Source: Chiloscyllium plagiosum
Taxonomy: Eukaryota
Direction: 5' to 3'
Assembly: GCF_004010195.1 (NCBI RefSeq)
Contig: NC_057719.1
Span: 84,097,108 to 84,139,601, forward strand
DNA: 42,494 bases
This document shows positions 1 through 11,205 of this stretch, one piece after another. The notes under the pieces are model-generated. The model searched no databases. It was not told the origin of the DNA and saw only the letters and a program-made list of their open reading frames with translations. Each line of letters starts with the position of its first letter. The stretch's first letter is position 1. Made by a program: the position numbers and the translations under genes.

Positions 1-230
1 TACATAGGAACACCACCTTGACTTGAAAGTATATTGCCGTTCTCTCATTGCTGTTGGGTTAAAATTCTGGAATTCCTTCCCTGATGGCACTGTGGATCTA
101 CCTACAGCACATGGACTGCAGCAGGTCAAGATGACAGCTCACCACCATCTTCCCAAGGCCAACTAGGGACGGACGGACAGACAGACAGCCAGCCAGCAGC
201 GCCCACATCCCATAAGTGAATTTTAAAAAA
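1..230 (+). mobile_element. 3' end of a CR1-group LINE (family B, tail ...AAGGGCAACTAGGGATGGGCAATAAATGCTGG...)
   Basis: Ends CTCACCACCATCTTCCCAAGGCCAACTAGGGAC...GCCCACATCCCATAAGTGAA plus an A/T-rich end. The same tail recurs at 1853-1925 and 20355-20430. Confidence 0.7.
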
Positions 231-299
231 CCTCCATGTCTTATTGTTTCATTCTGGCACAGTTTTTACACCAATTGATGATACTTCTATGGCCACCAT

Positions 300-450
300 C
301 ACAGAGACTAGCTTTGAATTGGACTGAAGTTTTTTTATAATCATTGAATTCCATCGGTTGCTGTGGTACGATGTAGACCCACTTCCCCGAAGCATCAGCC
401 TTAGCCTCTGGATTACTAGTTCAGTGACCACTATTCTGCTGGCTCCCCCT
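300..450 (-). mobile_element. 5' head fragment of a tRNA-derived SINE (same family as 20110-20430)
   Basis: Reverse complement reads ...TAGTGGTCACTGAACTAGTAATCCAGAGGCT..., similar to the head of the SINE at 20110. Confidence 0.5.
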
Positions 451-591
451 ATAAACATTTCAATTTCTGACAACTTATCAATTCATTGATTAAGGTACAG
501 GGAAGGGAGCTGCTTTGAAGAAAAGGCAATAAAACCACACTATCTGATCCATACTAGTTTCTTGTTTCAACTCCATTCTGGAGTTTCTTCT

Positions 592-689
592 CCATTCCTG
601 AAGAAGGGCCTGTGCCCGAAACGTCGAATCTCCTGTTCCCTGGATGCTGCCTGACCTGCTGTGCTGTTCCAGCAATAAAGTTTCAACTC
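592..689 (+). mobile_element. Penelope-like element terminal (pLTR) fragment, tail-less, with intact hammerhead motif
   Basis: Matches the arms of the GIY-YIG-containing element at 36759-37383 (CATTCCTGAAGAAGGGC...CCCGAAACGTCGA...GGATGCTGCCTGACCTGCTG). Confidence 0.85.
594..629 (+). ncRNA. Minimal type I hammerhead ribozyme motif (intact core)
   Basis: ATTC-CTGAAGA-A-GGGC-CTGT-GCCC-GAAA-CG-TC-GAAT: stem I ATTC/GAAT, stem II GGGC/GCCC, palindromic ACGT in place of helix III, GUC triplet. Confidence 0.75.
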
Positions 690-920
690 AACACAAATTA
701 AAACCAGTGGAAACAAGCCATAACATCAATGAACCCATTGGGAAGTAGGAGGATTTACTTCAATATGACTTTTTACATACCCAAAGCAACATATAACAAC
801 ATATTTTGGAGTATATTCCAGCACGTTACTTCTGCATTAGATTCTGAAGTTCCCTTCAAACATCTCTTTAAATGAAGCTCCCTGATTCTTAAAATGGCTG
901 CTCTGGTGCAGGTGACTCAC

Positions 921-998
921 CGTCCATTTCTCATTCACTGCTATTTTGTTTACACTGACTTGCTTAGATTAAAGAACAACACTGGTAAACTCCTGTAG
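921..998 (-). pseudogene. Candidate 78-nt exon (decayed coding exon, or UTR/ncRNA exon)
   Basis: Strong acceptor TTCCCTGTATCTTCTGTCTCAG and donor ACG|GTGAGT. Phase-0 translation LQEFTSVVL*SKQVSVNKIAVNEKWT has one stop. Confidence 0.4.
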
Positions 999-1322
999 CT
1001 GAGACAGAAGATACAGGGAACAAATAGAGAAGTTGGGCTCATCAGCCATGATGTTCATAGCCTTGGAGTGTAAGGTGAGGGTTAAACAAGACAGAAATAG
1101 AACAGTTTTGTGTGCATCAGAGCAACAAGGTCAAGGATGTGAAAGACAAGTATGGAACCATATCAAGTTTCATCAACTGAAATGAGTTACCAGGCTGAAA
1201 AGTATAAGGGCCCTGGATTGATTGGAGTTAGACACTTTAATGAGAAGGTGATAGGGGTAAGTGTTCTGGGAGGATGAGACTCAACGCAGTACCCATGTAA
1301 TGGCATTGATGAGAGTTAATAC

Positions 1323-1784
1323 CTCACTTAGTACTCCCTGGTCAATCTCTCCTCACTTGTCCTTGATTGGATCCGTTCCCCATTCTGGCTAGGGATGCAA
1401 TTGGATCAAGTTCTCCTTAACTCTCTCTCACACTTGCTCTGAAACTGAAAGACCAGGATTAGCGCTGGGCTGAATTTTCTCGAGAGGATCCTGCTCTTTA
1501 ATAGACAGAATGGCACTGGCAAAACCACTGCTCATTTCTCCATGCTTCACACACTTGCGTTTTTCTCTTCAGTTGCTTGTCGGCGATTCCCATTTTCAAA
1601 GTCAAGTTGTCTATCATCATCATCATTCTTTCTCCCACTAGGGCAACATTTTCTTTCAAGCACCTCCTTGAGAAAGTTCATAAGTCTTAAAATAGGATCA
1701 ACACAACCAGATGTATTGCGTTTTTTTGATAATATTCGCTAACATTGCTCAAGCAAGTACAGCATTTCTTTGCAGAGGATAGAC
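1323..1784 (-). pseudogene. Candidate decayed coding exon, product unidentified
   Basis: Not recognisably repetitive; bounded by TTTAG| and GAG|GTATTA. Reads SILCKEMLYLLEQC*RILSKKRNTSGCVDPILRLMNFLKEVLERK...EEK, then after a 1-nt shift in an A5 run KRKCVKHGEMSSGFASAILSIKEQDPLEKIQP...DQGVLSE. Four stops. Confidence 0.3.
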
Positions 1785-2344
1785 CTAAATATGAATGTTG
1801 TTCACCAAAGAATTGGGGGAATTTTATATGCTACATTCTATAATAAATAGAAATTAGCAACTAGGGACGGGCAATAAACGCTGGTGAGCCAGCAATGCAC
1901 ATATCCCATGAACAAACAAACAAAAATCATAGAGGTTTTGGCCACAATCTTCCAATCCTCCTTGGATGTGCGGGTGGTAGCCGAGGTCTGGAAAATTTAA
2001 AATGATACAATTCTATTCAAAAATGGAGAAGGGAAAAACCCAGCAATTACTCAGTTTTAATTAAAAGGCAACAATTTAGGATAAACTTTCATGTCTGCCC
2101 AGATTTGTTCAAAGTTAGTTTTGCGTGGCTAATCTGATTGAATTTATCTGAAGTCACAGGGAACTTAGATAGCTCATACTATGTGCATGGATTTTCAAGA
2201 CGTGATTGACCTAATGCCATTTAATCAATTTATTAGCTGAATTGATGGCTGTGGGATCAAGGGGAGCAATTAAAGGGATGTTGGCTACGAAATGCATATG
2301 GTATTAGCAATGTGCTATGATCTAAAGAATAATTAATGGTTAAA

Positions 2345-2478
2345 TAAAAACTAAAAGAATTGCAAATGCTGTAAATCAGAAACAAAGACAAATTTCTGGA
2401 AAAGCTCAGCAGGTCTGGTAGCATCTGTGGAGAGAAATCAGAAATGACGTTTCGGGAGCAGTGAGCCTTCCTCAGAAA
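2345..2478 (-). mobile_element. Penelope-like element 3' end with degenerate hammerhead
   Basis: Reverse complement CTGAGGA-A-GGCTCACTGCTCCC-GAAA-CG-TC followed by CAGATGCTACCAGACCTGCTGAGCTTTTCCAG. Confidence 0.7.
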
Positions 2479-2636
2479 TTTTTTTTTAAATTGTAAATTC
2501 AGGGTTGGATCTTAGAGCTTAGAGTGCAGTCACTTCCCGGGAGGATAGGTTAGAATGGATACGGGAGACAGAGAAGGGGTTAAGCGGTTGTTTTCGCAGA
2601 TAGAAGTGTGAAGTCATGCTCCCAGGGGACAATGTT

Positions 2637-2848
2637 GGCTGAAAATGTGTTGCTGGAAAAGCGCAGCAGGTCAGGCAGCATCCAAGGAGCAGGAGAATCG
2701 ACGTTTCGGGCATGAGCCCTTCTTCCCTTCAGGCTCATGCCCGAAACGTCGATTCTCCTGCTCCTTGGATGCTGCCTGACCTGCTGCGCTTTTCCAGCAA
2801 CACATTTTCAGTTCTGATCTCCAACATCTGCAGTCCTCACTTTCTCCT
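2637..2848 (+). mobile_element. Fold-back Penelope-like element with 13-bp TSD
   Basis: Perfect 80-bp inverted arms 2639-2718 / 2732-2811, 13-nt spacer, 37-nt tail 2812-2848, TSD AGGGGACAATGTT at 2624-2636 and 2849-2861. Confidence 0.92.
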
Positions 2849-3266
2849 AGGGGACAATGTTAGAACGTTAATTTTAATTATCTGGATTTGGATGTCAACA
2901 CAGATCATAATCTCAAAGTCTGCAGAAGACATACAATTCAGAAATGTAATACATAGTGAGAAGGACAGTAAAAGACTTCAGGAGACTGGTGTAAAAAGGA
3001 CAGACCCATACAATGTAATGCAGTATGACAATTTGTTTTGGCAGGAAAAGTGAAGAAAGACGATATAACCTAAACAGTATAATTTTAAGAGGGCTGCAGG
3101 TACAGGGCGACCTGGATGTTTAAGGATTCAAGTCTTTGTAGCTGGCAGGCAAAGTTGAGAAGATTGTTTATAAAAAAAGGTTCGAGGTTCATTGACTTTA
3201 TAGATAGAGGCAGAGAGTACAAAAACAAAGAGTTTCAACTAATCTTTAACAAGCCGTATGCAGAGA

Positions 3267-4030
3267 GAGTCATAGAGTCTTACAGCACGGAAACAGGCCC
3301 TTTGGCCCAAACTGGTCCAGGCCGATCAACACCATTTCCCCGCACTTGGCCCATATCCTTCTAATCCTTTCCTATCCATGTATTTGCCCAAATGCCTTTT
3401 AAATGTTGCTAATGTACCCATCTCAACAACTTCTGCTAGCAGCTCATTCAATATGTGTACCGTCCTCTGCGTAAAAAGGTTGCCCCTCAAGTTCCCTTTT
3501 ATTCTTTCCCCTCTAACCTTAAACTGATGGCTTCTTGCCCTCAATTGCCCAATCATGGGAAAATGACTGCATGCATTCACCCTATCCATGCCTCTCATGA
3601 TCTTATACACCTCTATAAGATCCCTCCTCAGTCTCCTATGCTTTAAAGAAAAAAGGTCCTAGCTTTCCCAACCTCTCCCGATAACTCAGACCGTTCAGCC
3701 CTGGCAAGATCCCTGTAAATGTCTTCGGCACTCTTTCCAGTTTGATAACATCCGTCCTATAGCAAGGTGACCAAAAGTGAACAGAATATTCCAAGAGTAG
3801 CCTCACCAACGTCCTGTGTAACTGCAACAAAACTTCCCAAAGTCTATGTTCAATGGTCTAACCAATGAAGGCCAGTGTGCCAAAAACCTTCTTCACTGCC
3901 CAGTCTACCTGGGACTCCACTTTCAGAGAACTGTGCACCTGAACTCCAAGCTCCCTCTGTTCCACTAAACTTCTTAAGGCCCTACCATTCATCATGAAAC
4001 TCCTACCTCGATTTAACTTTCCAAAATGTA
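3267..4030 (-). mobile_element. 5'-truncated CR1 (HER1-like) LINE, ORF2 C-terminus and 3' UTR
   Basis: ORF pieces TLVRLLLEYSVHFWSP..IKLERV and YKIMRGMDRV..RGNLFTQR are CR1 ORF2 C-terminal motifs; the tail is a CTCTATGACTC-type repeat. Confidence 0.9.
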
Positions 4031-4291
4031 TTATATTCCGGGCACCTCACTTTGGGAAAGAAATCAAGTCCTCAAAGAGTGCCTCTGTTGTGCCACGAGC
4101 CTAGTGAAGTTGGGATTAGTCTACTTAGAACAGAGATTTTGATGGAGCAAATATGAAGCAGATTCTAGTGACAAAAGGGTGAGAAAGCAGAGGTCACAGA
4201 CTTAAAGGTGATTGGCAAAATAAACAGGGAAGAGATGAGGGTGGGATGTTTCAATAACAACTTTCAGAAGGGAATTGGATAAATACTCAAG

Positions 4292-4631
4292 ACAGGTGGC
4301 TCAGAAGTTAGCACTGCTGCCTTACAGAACCAGGGACCCGGATTCGATTCCACCCTGTGTCTGTGTAGAGTTTGCACATTCTCCCTGTATCTGCGTGGGT
4401 TTACTCTGGTCGCTCCAGTTTCCTCACACAGTCCAAAGATGCGTGGGTTAGGTGGATTGGCCATGCTAAGTTGCCCATAGTCTAGGGATGTGAAGGCTGG
4501 GTAGGTAAGCCATGGGAAATGCAAGGTTACAGGAGGTTTTTTTGAGGGGGGGGAATGGATTTGCTCTTTGAAGGGTCAATATGGACTTGATGGGCTGAAT
4601 AGTCTGCTTTGACAGTGTAGGGATTCTATGA
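4292..4631 (+). mobile_element. HE1-type V-SINE (tRNA-derived), diverged copy
   Basis: A/B-box-like head (GGTGGCTCAG..., GATTCGATTCC), V-domain GAGTTTGCACATTCTCCC...CAGTCCAAAGATG, tail GTAGGGATTCTATGA. Confidence 0.88.
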
Positions 4632-4721
4632 CAAAATGGGTAGGCACTGTGGGGAAAAAGGACCTTGGGACTAATTGGATAATTCTACCAAATAATCAAG
4701 TGGATGCCCTCTGTTCCTTAC

Positions 4722-4870
4722 CATAGAGTTATAGATATGCACAGCACAGAAACAGACCCTTCGGTCCAACTCGTCCATGTTGACCAGATATCCTAACCTC
4801 AACTAGCCCCATTTTCTAACACTTGGCCAATATTCCTCTAAACCCTTCCTATTCATATACCCATCCAGAC
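4722..4870 (-). mobile_element. CR1 (HER1-like) 3' end fragment
   Basis: CATAGAGTTATAGA...ACAGCACAGAAACAGACCCTTCGGTCCAAC matches the 3' ends at 3267 and 27055. Confidence 0.75.
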
Positions 4871-6714
4871 CAAGTGTCATCCCACAACCTCCTCCTGCTT
4901 CCAGCCACTAGCCCACAATCCAGAAGAACGTAAGAAATAAATGCAGATGTAGGCTATAGTTGGCCATACCTCAAGTTATAGATGCTCAACATTCATAACA
5001 CCCCACATTACCAAAGCATTTGGAAGGCAAACATACACTTTCTTACTCAATGTGACAATCCTTGACTGACAGCAAAACAATGATTTTTTTTGAATATCTG
5101 ATATTTTTCTAAATAAACAGAAGTGTTCGGAGTAATTTTTAAGAAAAATTAAAGGCCCCTTTGATTTTTCTCTTCAGTTGTTCATAGCAGTGTCCTGAGT
5201 TTACACTCCAAATCCCGCAGAGTCCAATGCAATTTCCCCGACAACCATTAGTACAGCCAAACCTCAATAATCCAGTCCGCAAAGCTGAGGCAACACAAAC
5301 ATTAATGAGCTCTTCCATTATGAGCTAGGGCAGGACAGGATTATCTGATTGGATAATCAATCTGAACATCTTCCTCAGAAAGAAGCATTACTCAACACTC
5401 CCTTGAGTATGAAAGATTAAGGGATGAAGTGTTTAAGATAATTACTGGACTTGATGGGGTAGATTGCCATTGCCTCTGGTGAGTATTTTCTCACACAAAG
5501 AGAAGCAAAAAACTGGAATGTTTTGCCTTAAAGCTTTGAGACTTGGTTGGGGGGGGAGAGAATTGAAAATTTAAAATCTGAGCTTGCAATATTCTTGTAT
5601 GACAGTATAATTAAGGAGTACAGAACAAAGGCACTAGATGTTTAAAACATACACCAACTACAATCTATTAAAATGGCAAAACAGACTCAAGGACTGAATG
5701 GTCTATTTCAGTCCCTCGATTGAAAAGATCTACTCAGATAAGCAACTTCAGACCTCAGCAGATTGATAAAAACTCTGACATCAAAGGGATTGCTGGACTC
5801 TGAGCCAATGCATATCAGTGACTACCAGAGATTGGATACCTCCTGGGTATGCACCTCAGTGTCTAATACATGCAATCCAACAGCCTCAATGCATGAAGAA
5901 TGCAGAACTGGTTCACATCACACTGGTACACAGAAACAAACCACAGATGTGAAGCTAATATAAATCTTTTTAACTTTCAGCCGAACGATCATGAAAAATA
6001 TTTGCATATGTCGAGAGCAGCAAGTGGCTTTGTGAAAATAACAAATTAGATCCGGATTAAAGAAGCAACTGCCGTTAACTGAGCAATCGCATAGTTGAAT
6101 TCAAGCCACAGAATAAATGCATTGTGACCCCCTCCTCCACGCTGATTCTCATCGGTATGCTTAAGCACTGGAGTGTCAATTAGTGAGGTTTAAATATCTT
6201 TGAACAGTCAGTGAAGTTTAACCATACAACAATTGCATTTCATAACACCTATAACAATGTCCTAAGGCACATCAGAGAACAGTGTCAAACATAATGGAGC
6301 TACAAGGATAAATAGATGACAACTTGACTGAAGAGGTAGACTTTATGGAGCATCTTAAAAGGAGAGAAAGGAAAAGAAGTGATGAGGTTTGGGGAAGGAA
6401 TTCCAGAGCTTGGTGCCGAAGCAGCAGAAGTCATGGCTGCCAATAAAGGAACAATAGAAATTGGAACTATGAGGGAGACCAGAACTGGAAGTGTTTCTTT
6501 GTAATGTGTTCATGGCATGAGGACTCGTTGACCTGAATGGCCTGCCTCCACAGAGAGATCATAGAGATTCTATCGGTTATGATGCCAGACATATTCGCAT
6601 TAACGCCCTTGAAGCAGCTAATAGCACCAGAGTTGAGGCCATGATCATCTGAAACCAACTACGCTGGGCCAGTCACATAGTTAGGGTGCCTGATTCCTGA
6701 CTTCCAAAGCAAAT

Positions 6715-7260
6715 CTTCTTCACCAGGAAGGCACTCAAATGAGCGGAAGACAAAAGAAGCATTTCAAGAGACTCACTGAACACTCTCCTCAAGAAAGACA
6801 ACATAGATGTCACTGCACATTAGACACTCGCTCAGAAGAAAAATGACTTGGAGGTACCTCCTGTAGGAAGGGACAGAATCCTTCAAGATTAGAGTGGTGC
6901 TGGGAAAGCACAGCAGGTGAGGCAGCATCCGAGGAGCAGGAAAATCGATGTTTCGGGCAGGAGCCTGATGAAGGGATGCTGCCTCACTTGCTGTGCTTTC
7001 CCAGCACCACTCTAATCTTGACTCTAATCTCCAGCATCTGCAGTCCTCACATTCGCCTACAGGATTCTTCAAGAACACCCATCAGTAAGAAGACACATGG
7101 AAAAGGAATTGGAGAGAAGAATGCTAATGATCTCAAGTCTACGGACCACTTCCATCTTCCGGAAACACTTGCCAAATGGAGCATTTGGAGACACTGCTCT
7201 CGGATCGGGCTCATCAGCTACACGAGGTCTACAAAAACTAACACCAGCGTCACAAAAATT
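6715..7260 (+). mobile_element. RTE-clade LINE 3' fragment, split by a PLE hairpin
   Basis: Remnants GRQKKHFK and SRIGLISY match RTE ORF C-terminal motifs (GGQxKRxKD, SRIGLxSH). Confidence 0.65.
6888..7058 (+). mobile_element. Fold-back Penelope-like element with central deletion
   Basis: Arms CAAGATTAGAGTGGTGCTGGGAAAGCACAGC.. / ..GCTTTCCCAGCACCACTCTAATCTTG (ends 7020), 38-nt tail, diverged TSD ACAGAATCCTTCAAG (6873-6887) / ACAGGATTCTTCAAG (7059-7073). Confidence 0.85.
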
Positions 7261-7774
7261 CCTATGTGGCTGATCATTCTTGTTAGGGAGCTGCTCCATT
7301 GCATGTCAGTGGTGGAGGGAGTGAATATTGAAGTTGACAGGCTTAGGGGAATCTGAGGTGAGTCACGCCTCAGAATTCCAATCTGCTCTTATAACCATAA
7401 TATTTATTTGCCCGATCCAGTTCTGGTCAATGCTAATCTCCAGGATGTCAATGGTGATGAGTTCAGTGACGTTATTGGCATTAACTGTCAAGGGAGCATG
7501 ATTAGGTTCGCTCTTATTGGAGGTGATCATTGCCTGGGAGCTGAATTGCACAAATATTACTTGTCAGTTATCAGCCCAAACCTAGATATTGTCCAGGTCT
7601 TCCTGAATGTGGACACAAGTAGGGAGTAGGTTGCTTCAGTATCTGAGGAGTTTCAAATGATGATGAATATTGTACAATCAGGGAACCGCCTCACTTTCAA
7701 CCTTTGAATGGAGGGAAGGCCATTGACGAAGTAATTGAAGAGGATTGGGTTTTGGCCAATACTCTGAGGAACTT

Positions 7775-7885
7775 GAGGTCTTGTGGTACAAAGTGTCCCT
7801 CCCTCTGAGTCAGGAGACCAGAGTTCAAGTCCCAACTGGTCCAGAGGTGTGTAATAACATCTCTGAACCAATTGACTGGAAAGTA
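7775..7885 (+). mobile_element. Short tRNA-derived SINE
   Basis: GGTCTTGTGGTAC...CCTCTGAGTCAGGAGACCAGAGTTCAAGTCCCA has a tRNA-like head with B box GTTCAAGTCC. Confidence 0.6.
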
Positions 7886-7898
7886 TCCACGAGCACAT

Positions 7899-8016
7899 AG
7901 TGAGGACTGCAGATGCTGGAGAAGACAAAGACGATAAAGTGTGGTACTGGAAAAAAAGCACAGCAGGTCAGGCAGCATCTGAGGAGAAAGAGAGTCAACA
8001 TTTCAGACTTAACCCT
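7899..8016 (-). mobile_element. Penelope-like element 3' end (single arm with tail)
   Basis: GTGAGGACTGCAGATGCTGGAGA...GCACAGCAGGTCAGGCAGCATCTGAGGAG matches the tail plus arm of the hairpin family. Confidence 0.8.
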
Positions 8017-8539
8017 CTACCCCAAGGAACTTCTGCAGCCATGTCCTGGGACTGACACAACTGACCTCCAATAACCACAGCCATCTTCCTTAATGTTAGG
8101 TATAACACCAAATAATTAAGAGGTTTCTGCACGATTCCCACTGATTCCAGTTGAACTTGGTTTTATTGATGCCATACTTGATTGTGAGCTGAATGGCCCA
8201 TGCTGAATCCAAACTGAATAAGAGTAAGCCAATAACACTTGATAGCACTGTTGACCTCTCCAATACTTTGCTGGTAACTACATGGACTGATCAGATGGAA
8301 TTGGCTAGGATGGATTTGTCCTGCTTTTTATTGAAGGGACAAACCTGATAAATTTTCCAGATTTCTGGCTGCACTGAAACAGTGGTGCAGCTAATTCTGG
8401 AGTACAAGTTTGAGTATTATTGCTGAAATATTGTTACAGCCATAGCTTTATCAGTATCAAGTGCCTTTAGCTGCCTTTTGCCAAAATGTGCTGGTTTAAC
8501 CCATTGATATTTGTGGAGCTTCCTCCAGTGAGTTGACTG

Positions 8540-8713
8540 TTGCAGCCTCATGTGTACATGTTCAGTGATAGACCACAATGGTGATCAATTGCAAAACTAA
8601 TCTGCAAACATTACATTTCAGATCTATCAAACCAGCTTTTACTCTGGGATTTACCATCAGCCTGGTGATCTTTTTTGCATTTGAATTGTTGCATACACTG
8701 CAAAATAATTGAA
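8540..8713 (+). repeat. 174-bp direct duplicate of 9727-9900
   Basis: Read directly: identical except 3 clustered substitutions (TTGCATAC vs TCACACAC). Confidence 0.95.
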
Positions 8714-9149
8714 AGCTGCAGAACTCAGATGTGTCCATTGGTTGTGGGATCACTTAACCCTTTCTAGTTCATGCTGCTTTTGATTTATCGTGCGTAAGTA
8801 GCCCCTGCATTGTAGCTTCACCAGGTTAACCCTTCATTTTCAGGTATGCTCTTGGCATGCCCTCCTGCACTCTTCATTGAAACAGGGTTGATCTTCCAGC
8901 TTGGTGGCAATTGCAAAGTGAGAAATATACTAGGCCATAAGGTTATCAATTGTGGTTGAATAGAATTCTTCTGCTTTGATAGGCCTCATGGATGCCAAGT
9001 TTTGATTTGATAGATTGTTTGAAATATTGCTTGAACACAATGGAGGTTGAACACGATGAGTAGGTTGAAACTCAGTTTAGAAAGATGTACAACCAAATAA
9101 TCTTTACTGCTTGTTTCTTCTTTTGTGTAATGTATGGTTTCATGAGAAG

Positions 9150-9860
9150 GTTCTTCTTCTTATAAAAAGAAATCAGAGGGTCATTCTAAATAATGAATCA
9201 GAGTCAATTTTCAAGATATTTCGTCCAGTTAAATACCTAGTAGGACACCATTGGAATTAATGGATGTAAAGGTTTAGCCTGCTGGGTTTACAACAGACAG
9301 GGCAAAGAAGAGCTGAAGTCACTAGGTTGGCTTTGACTTAGTTCAGAAGAATCATGTTTTCAGTTTGGAAGCAAGTTTCTCCCCAGTAGAAAGATTTTAG
9401 TTTCTGAAGCCTCCAAACTGAAAAGATTTTATTTACAAGTTTTCAAGTTATCAGAACTGAATTGGAAAAAAGGTTTGCGCTAGCACACTTGGAAAGGAGT
9501 CATCAAATTGTTTCAGAATAGCAGTCAATAAATGAGAACTGAAAAGAGTCAGTTAAGTAGAAAGTTCAAAAGTTGAAGTGATATTAAGCTGAGATTGAGT
9601 ATCTGTAATGGATATTGCTGGGGAATAGGTTGAAACGCAGCATAGAAAGATCTCAATGTACATCCAAACAATCTTGTTTTCTTCTTTTGTGTAATAAAAT
9701 TATGTTCTTTATTTTAAAAAAAACATTTGCAGCCTCATGTGTACATGTTCAGTGATAGACCACAATGGTGATCAATTGCAAAACTAATCTGCAAACATTA
9801 CATTTCAGATCTATCAAACCAGCTTTTACTCTGGGATTTACCATCAGCCTGGTGATCTTT
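9150..9860 (+). mobile_element. Possible degenerate solo LTR
   Basis: AATAAA near 9692 followed by a T-rich tract and a U5-like end (CTATCAAACCAG...CATCAGCCTGGTGATC) that resembles shark LTR ends as I recall them. No clear termini or TSD. Confidence 0.35.
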
Positions 9861-9900
9861 TTTGCATTTGAATTGTCACACACACTGCAAAATAATTGAA
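9727..9900 (+). repeat. 174-bp direct duplicate of 8540-8713 (probable donor)
   Basis: Same alignment as above. Confidence 0.95.
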
Positions 9901-9939
9901 CTTCATTCGTATTGTACATAACATGTCTCACTATGCTAA

Positions 9940-10430
9940 CAATTACATTGAAACATATACATTTCATGTCAAACATTCCCTGAGTAAATAGCCTAAAGGA
10001 GCTTTACATAGTTTCCAGTTACTTGGCATAGTATGACAATGGGGGCCTTTTTGAGACTCGCCTTTTCCCAGTGAACCATTCTGGCAGTTCTCCAACCTTT
10101 TGTGCATTCCTCAGCACATTGTCCTGGACCTTGGAATGTGTCCCTGTGTAATGCTCAGTCAGGAATAGCTCTTTATACGGGAAGACCAACATATTTCAGG
10201 CAGACTAAAGAGTGTTTTCATAAAGTTGATGACTCTCCAGCAGCAATTGATATTTATCTCATCCCTGGGAACAACTCATGGCGTACAGAGTTTTGTGTCA
10301 TGAAATTGACTCAGAAAGAGTCTCAATAGAAGCCACTGCATCTCTTTTCAGAAGTGTTTTGCAAAGGCACGTTCCATAAGGGGATAGTCAACAGTCTCCT
10401 TGCCATCTCAATTGCCTCAAGGGCAAAATG
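9940..10430 (-). mobile_element. Tx1/L1-clade LINE ORF2 C-terminal remnant
   Basis: Broken translation CP*GN*DGKETVDYPLMERAFAKHF*KEMQW..ELFPG..NINCCWRVIN..HSKVQDNVLR fits the decayed zinc-knuckle region of Tx1-type ORF2. Confidence 0.7.
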
Positions 10431-11036
10431 TAAGTATTGGTCAACCAAAAGGAGATTTCTCCTACTCGTCTGCAAAATATTGCCCTGTTACTTCACCTAC
10501 CCAAGAGGACAAGAAGATCTTCATTATAACTTCTTCAATTTTCTGCCCAAAGTCACTGAACCATGACCACCACAAGGTAGGGCAAGCAATCAGATGTCGA
10601 ATACATATCAGCTGAAAGACAGAGAATCAGATTCCGTGCTGGCACCAATTTGATATCTGATCCACAATAGCCATCCACCCGACCAACCACATTCCCACCT
10701 AGCTTTCACACATGCCTTGTAGTCCCAGAGCTACAGATTCTGATGACAAAGGTTCAATTTTCCCATGGCCAACCCTGAATCTCTACAATGTCTACCACCT
10801 GCCTTGGTGTGTCCATGTGTGTGAGAAGGAACCTGTTTCATCGCATTACAAACATACTTTCGGTGATCAAATCCTGGAATTCTAGTTCAGAGGCACAGAG
10901 GGTTACCCACCATGTCACATCAGCTCCTAGGGTCACATCTCATCCAGAAGACAGGGTCTCCAACTGTACAGTTCATCCTCAGAACTATACAGGATTGTCA
11001 TTTAAGATTTTATGTGCATCTCTGGAGTGGAGCTTA

Positions 11037-11205
11037 AACATAAGAACATATGAAATAGGAGCAGGAGTAGGCCATCTGGCCCTTCGAGCCTGCTCCGCCA
11101 TTCAATAAGACTACGGCTAAGTTTTTCACGGCCTCAGCTCCACTTACCCACCCACTCACCATAACCTTTAATTCATTTACTGTTCAAAAATCTATCTTTG
11201 TCTTA
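11037..11205 (-). mobile_element. CR1 3' end fragment
   Basis: AACATAAGAACATATGAAATAGGAGCAGGAGTAGGCCATCTGGCCCTTCGAGCCTGCTCCGCCATTCAAT is a typical CR1 terminal stem plus repeat tail. Confidence 0.8.

Larger units (their letters stand above)
1930..3262 (+). mobile_element. Old, degenerate CR1 LINE reverse-transcriptase region, interrupted by PLE insertions; resumes about 4030-4290
   Basis: Remnant RT motifs such as ATCTTCCAATCCTCCTTGGAT (IFQSSLD), CTATTCAAAAATGG, CTAATCTGATTGAATT (NLIE), with many frameshifts. Confidence 0.65.
7290..9060 (-). mobile_element. Degenerate CR1-group (family B) LINE ORF2, interrupted at 7775-8016 and 8540-8713
   Basis: ORF 7363-7551 (QAMITSNKSEPNHAPLT..ILEISIDQ) resembles the LINE RT thumb region; homologous to 14190-16920. 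Confidence 0.65.

Noticed and set aside
564..689. GTTTCAACTC at 564-573 and 680-689 as a TSD
   Set aside because: The right copy corresponds to the element's own arm end and the left copy is about 18 nt from the element start, so it cannot be separated from chance.
921..5250. Naming the decayed exons (a loose impression of a FANCE-like layout) and adding an upstream exon at about 5047-5250
   Set aside because: The resemblance is impressionistic with no alignable motif. The upstream candidate needs frameshifts and its donor phase does not match.
5250..5362. Pogo/Tigger-like terminal repeat (TACAGCCAAACCTCAATAATCC)
   Set aside because: Only one plausible end and a weak internal inverted motif; no matching second terminus.
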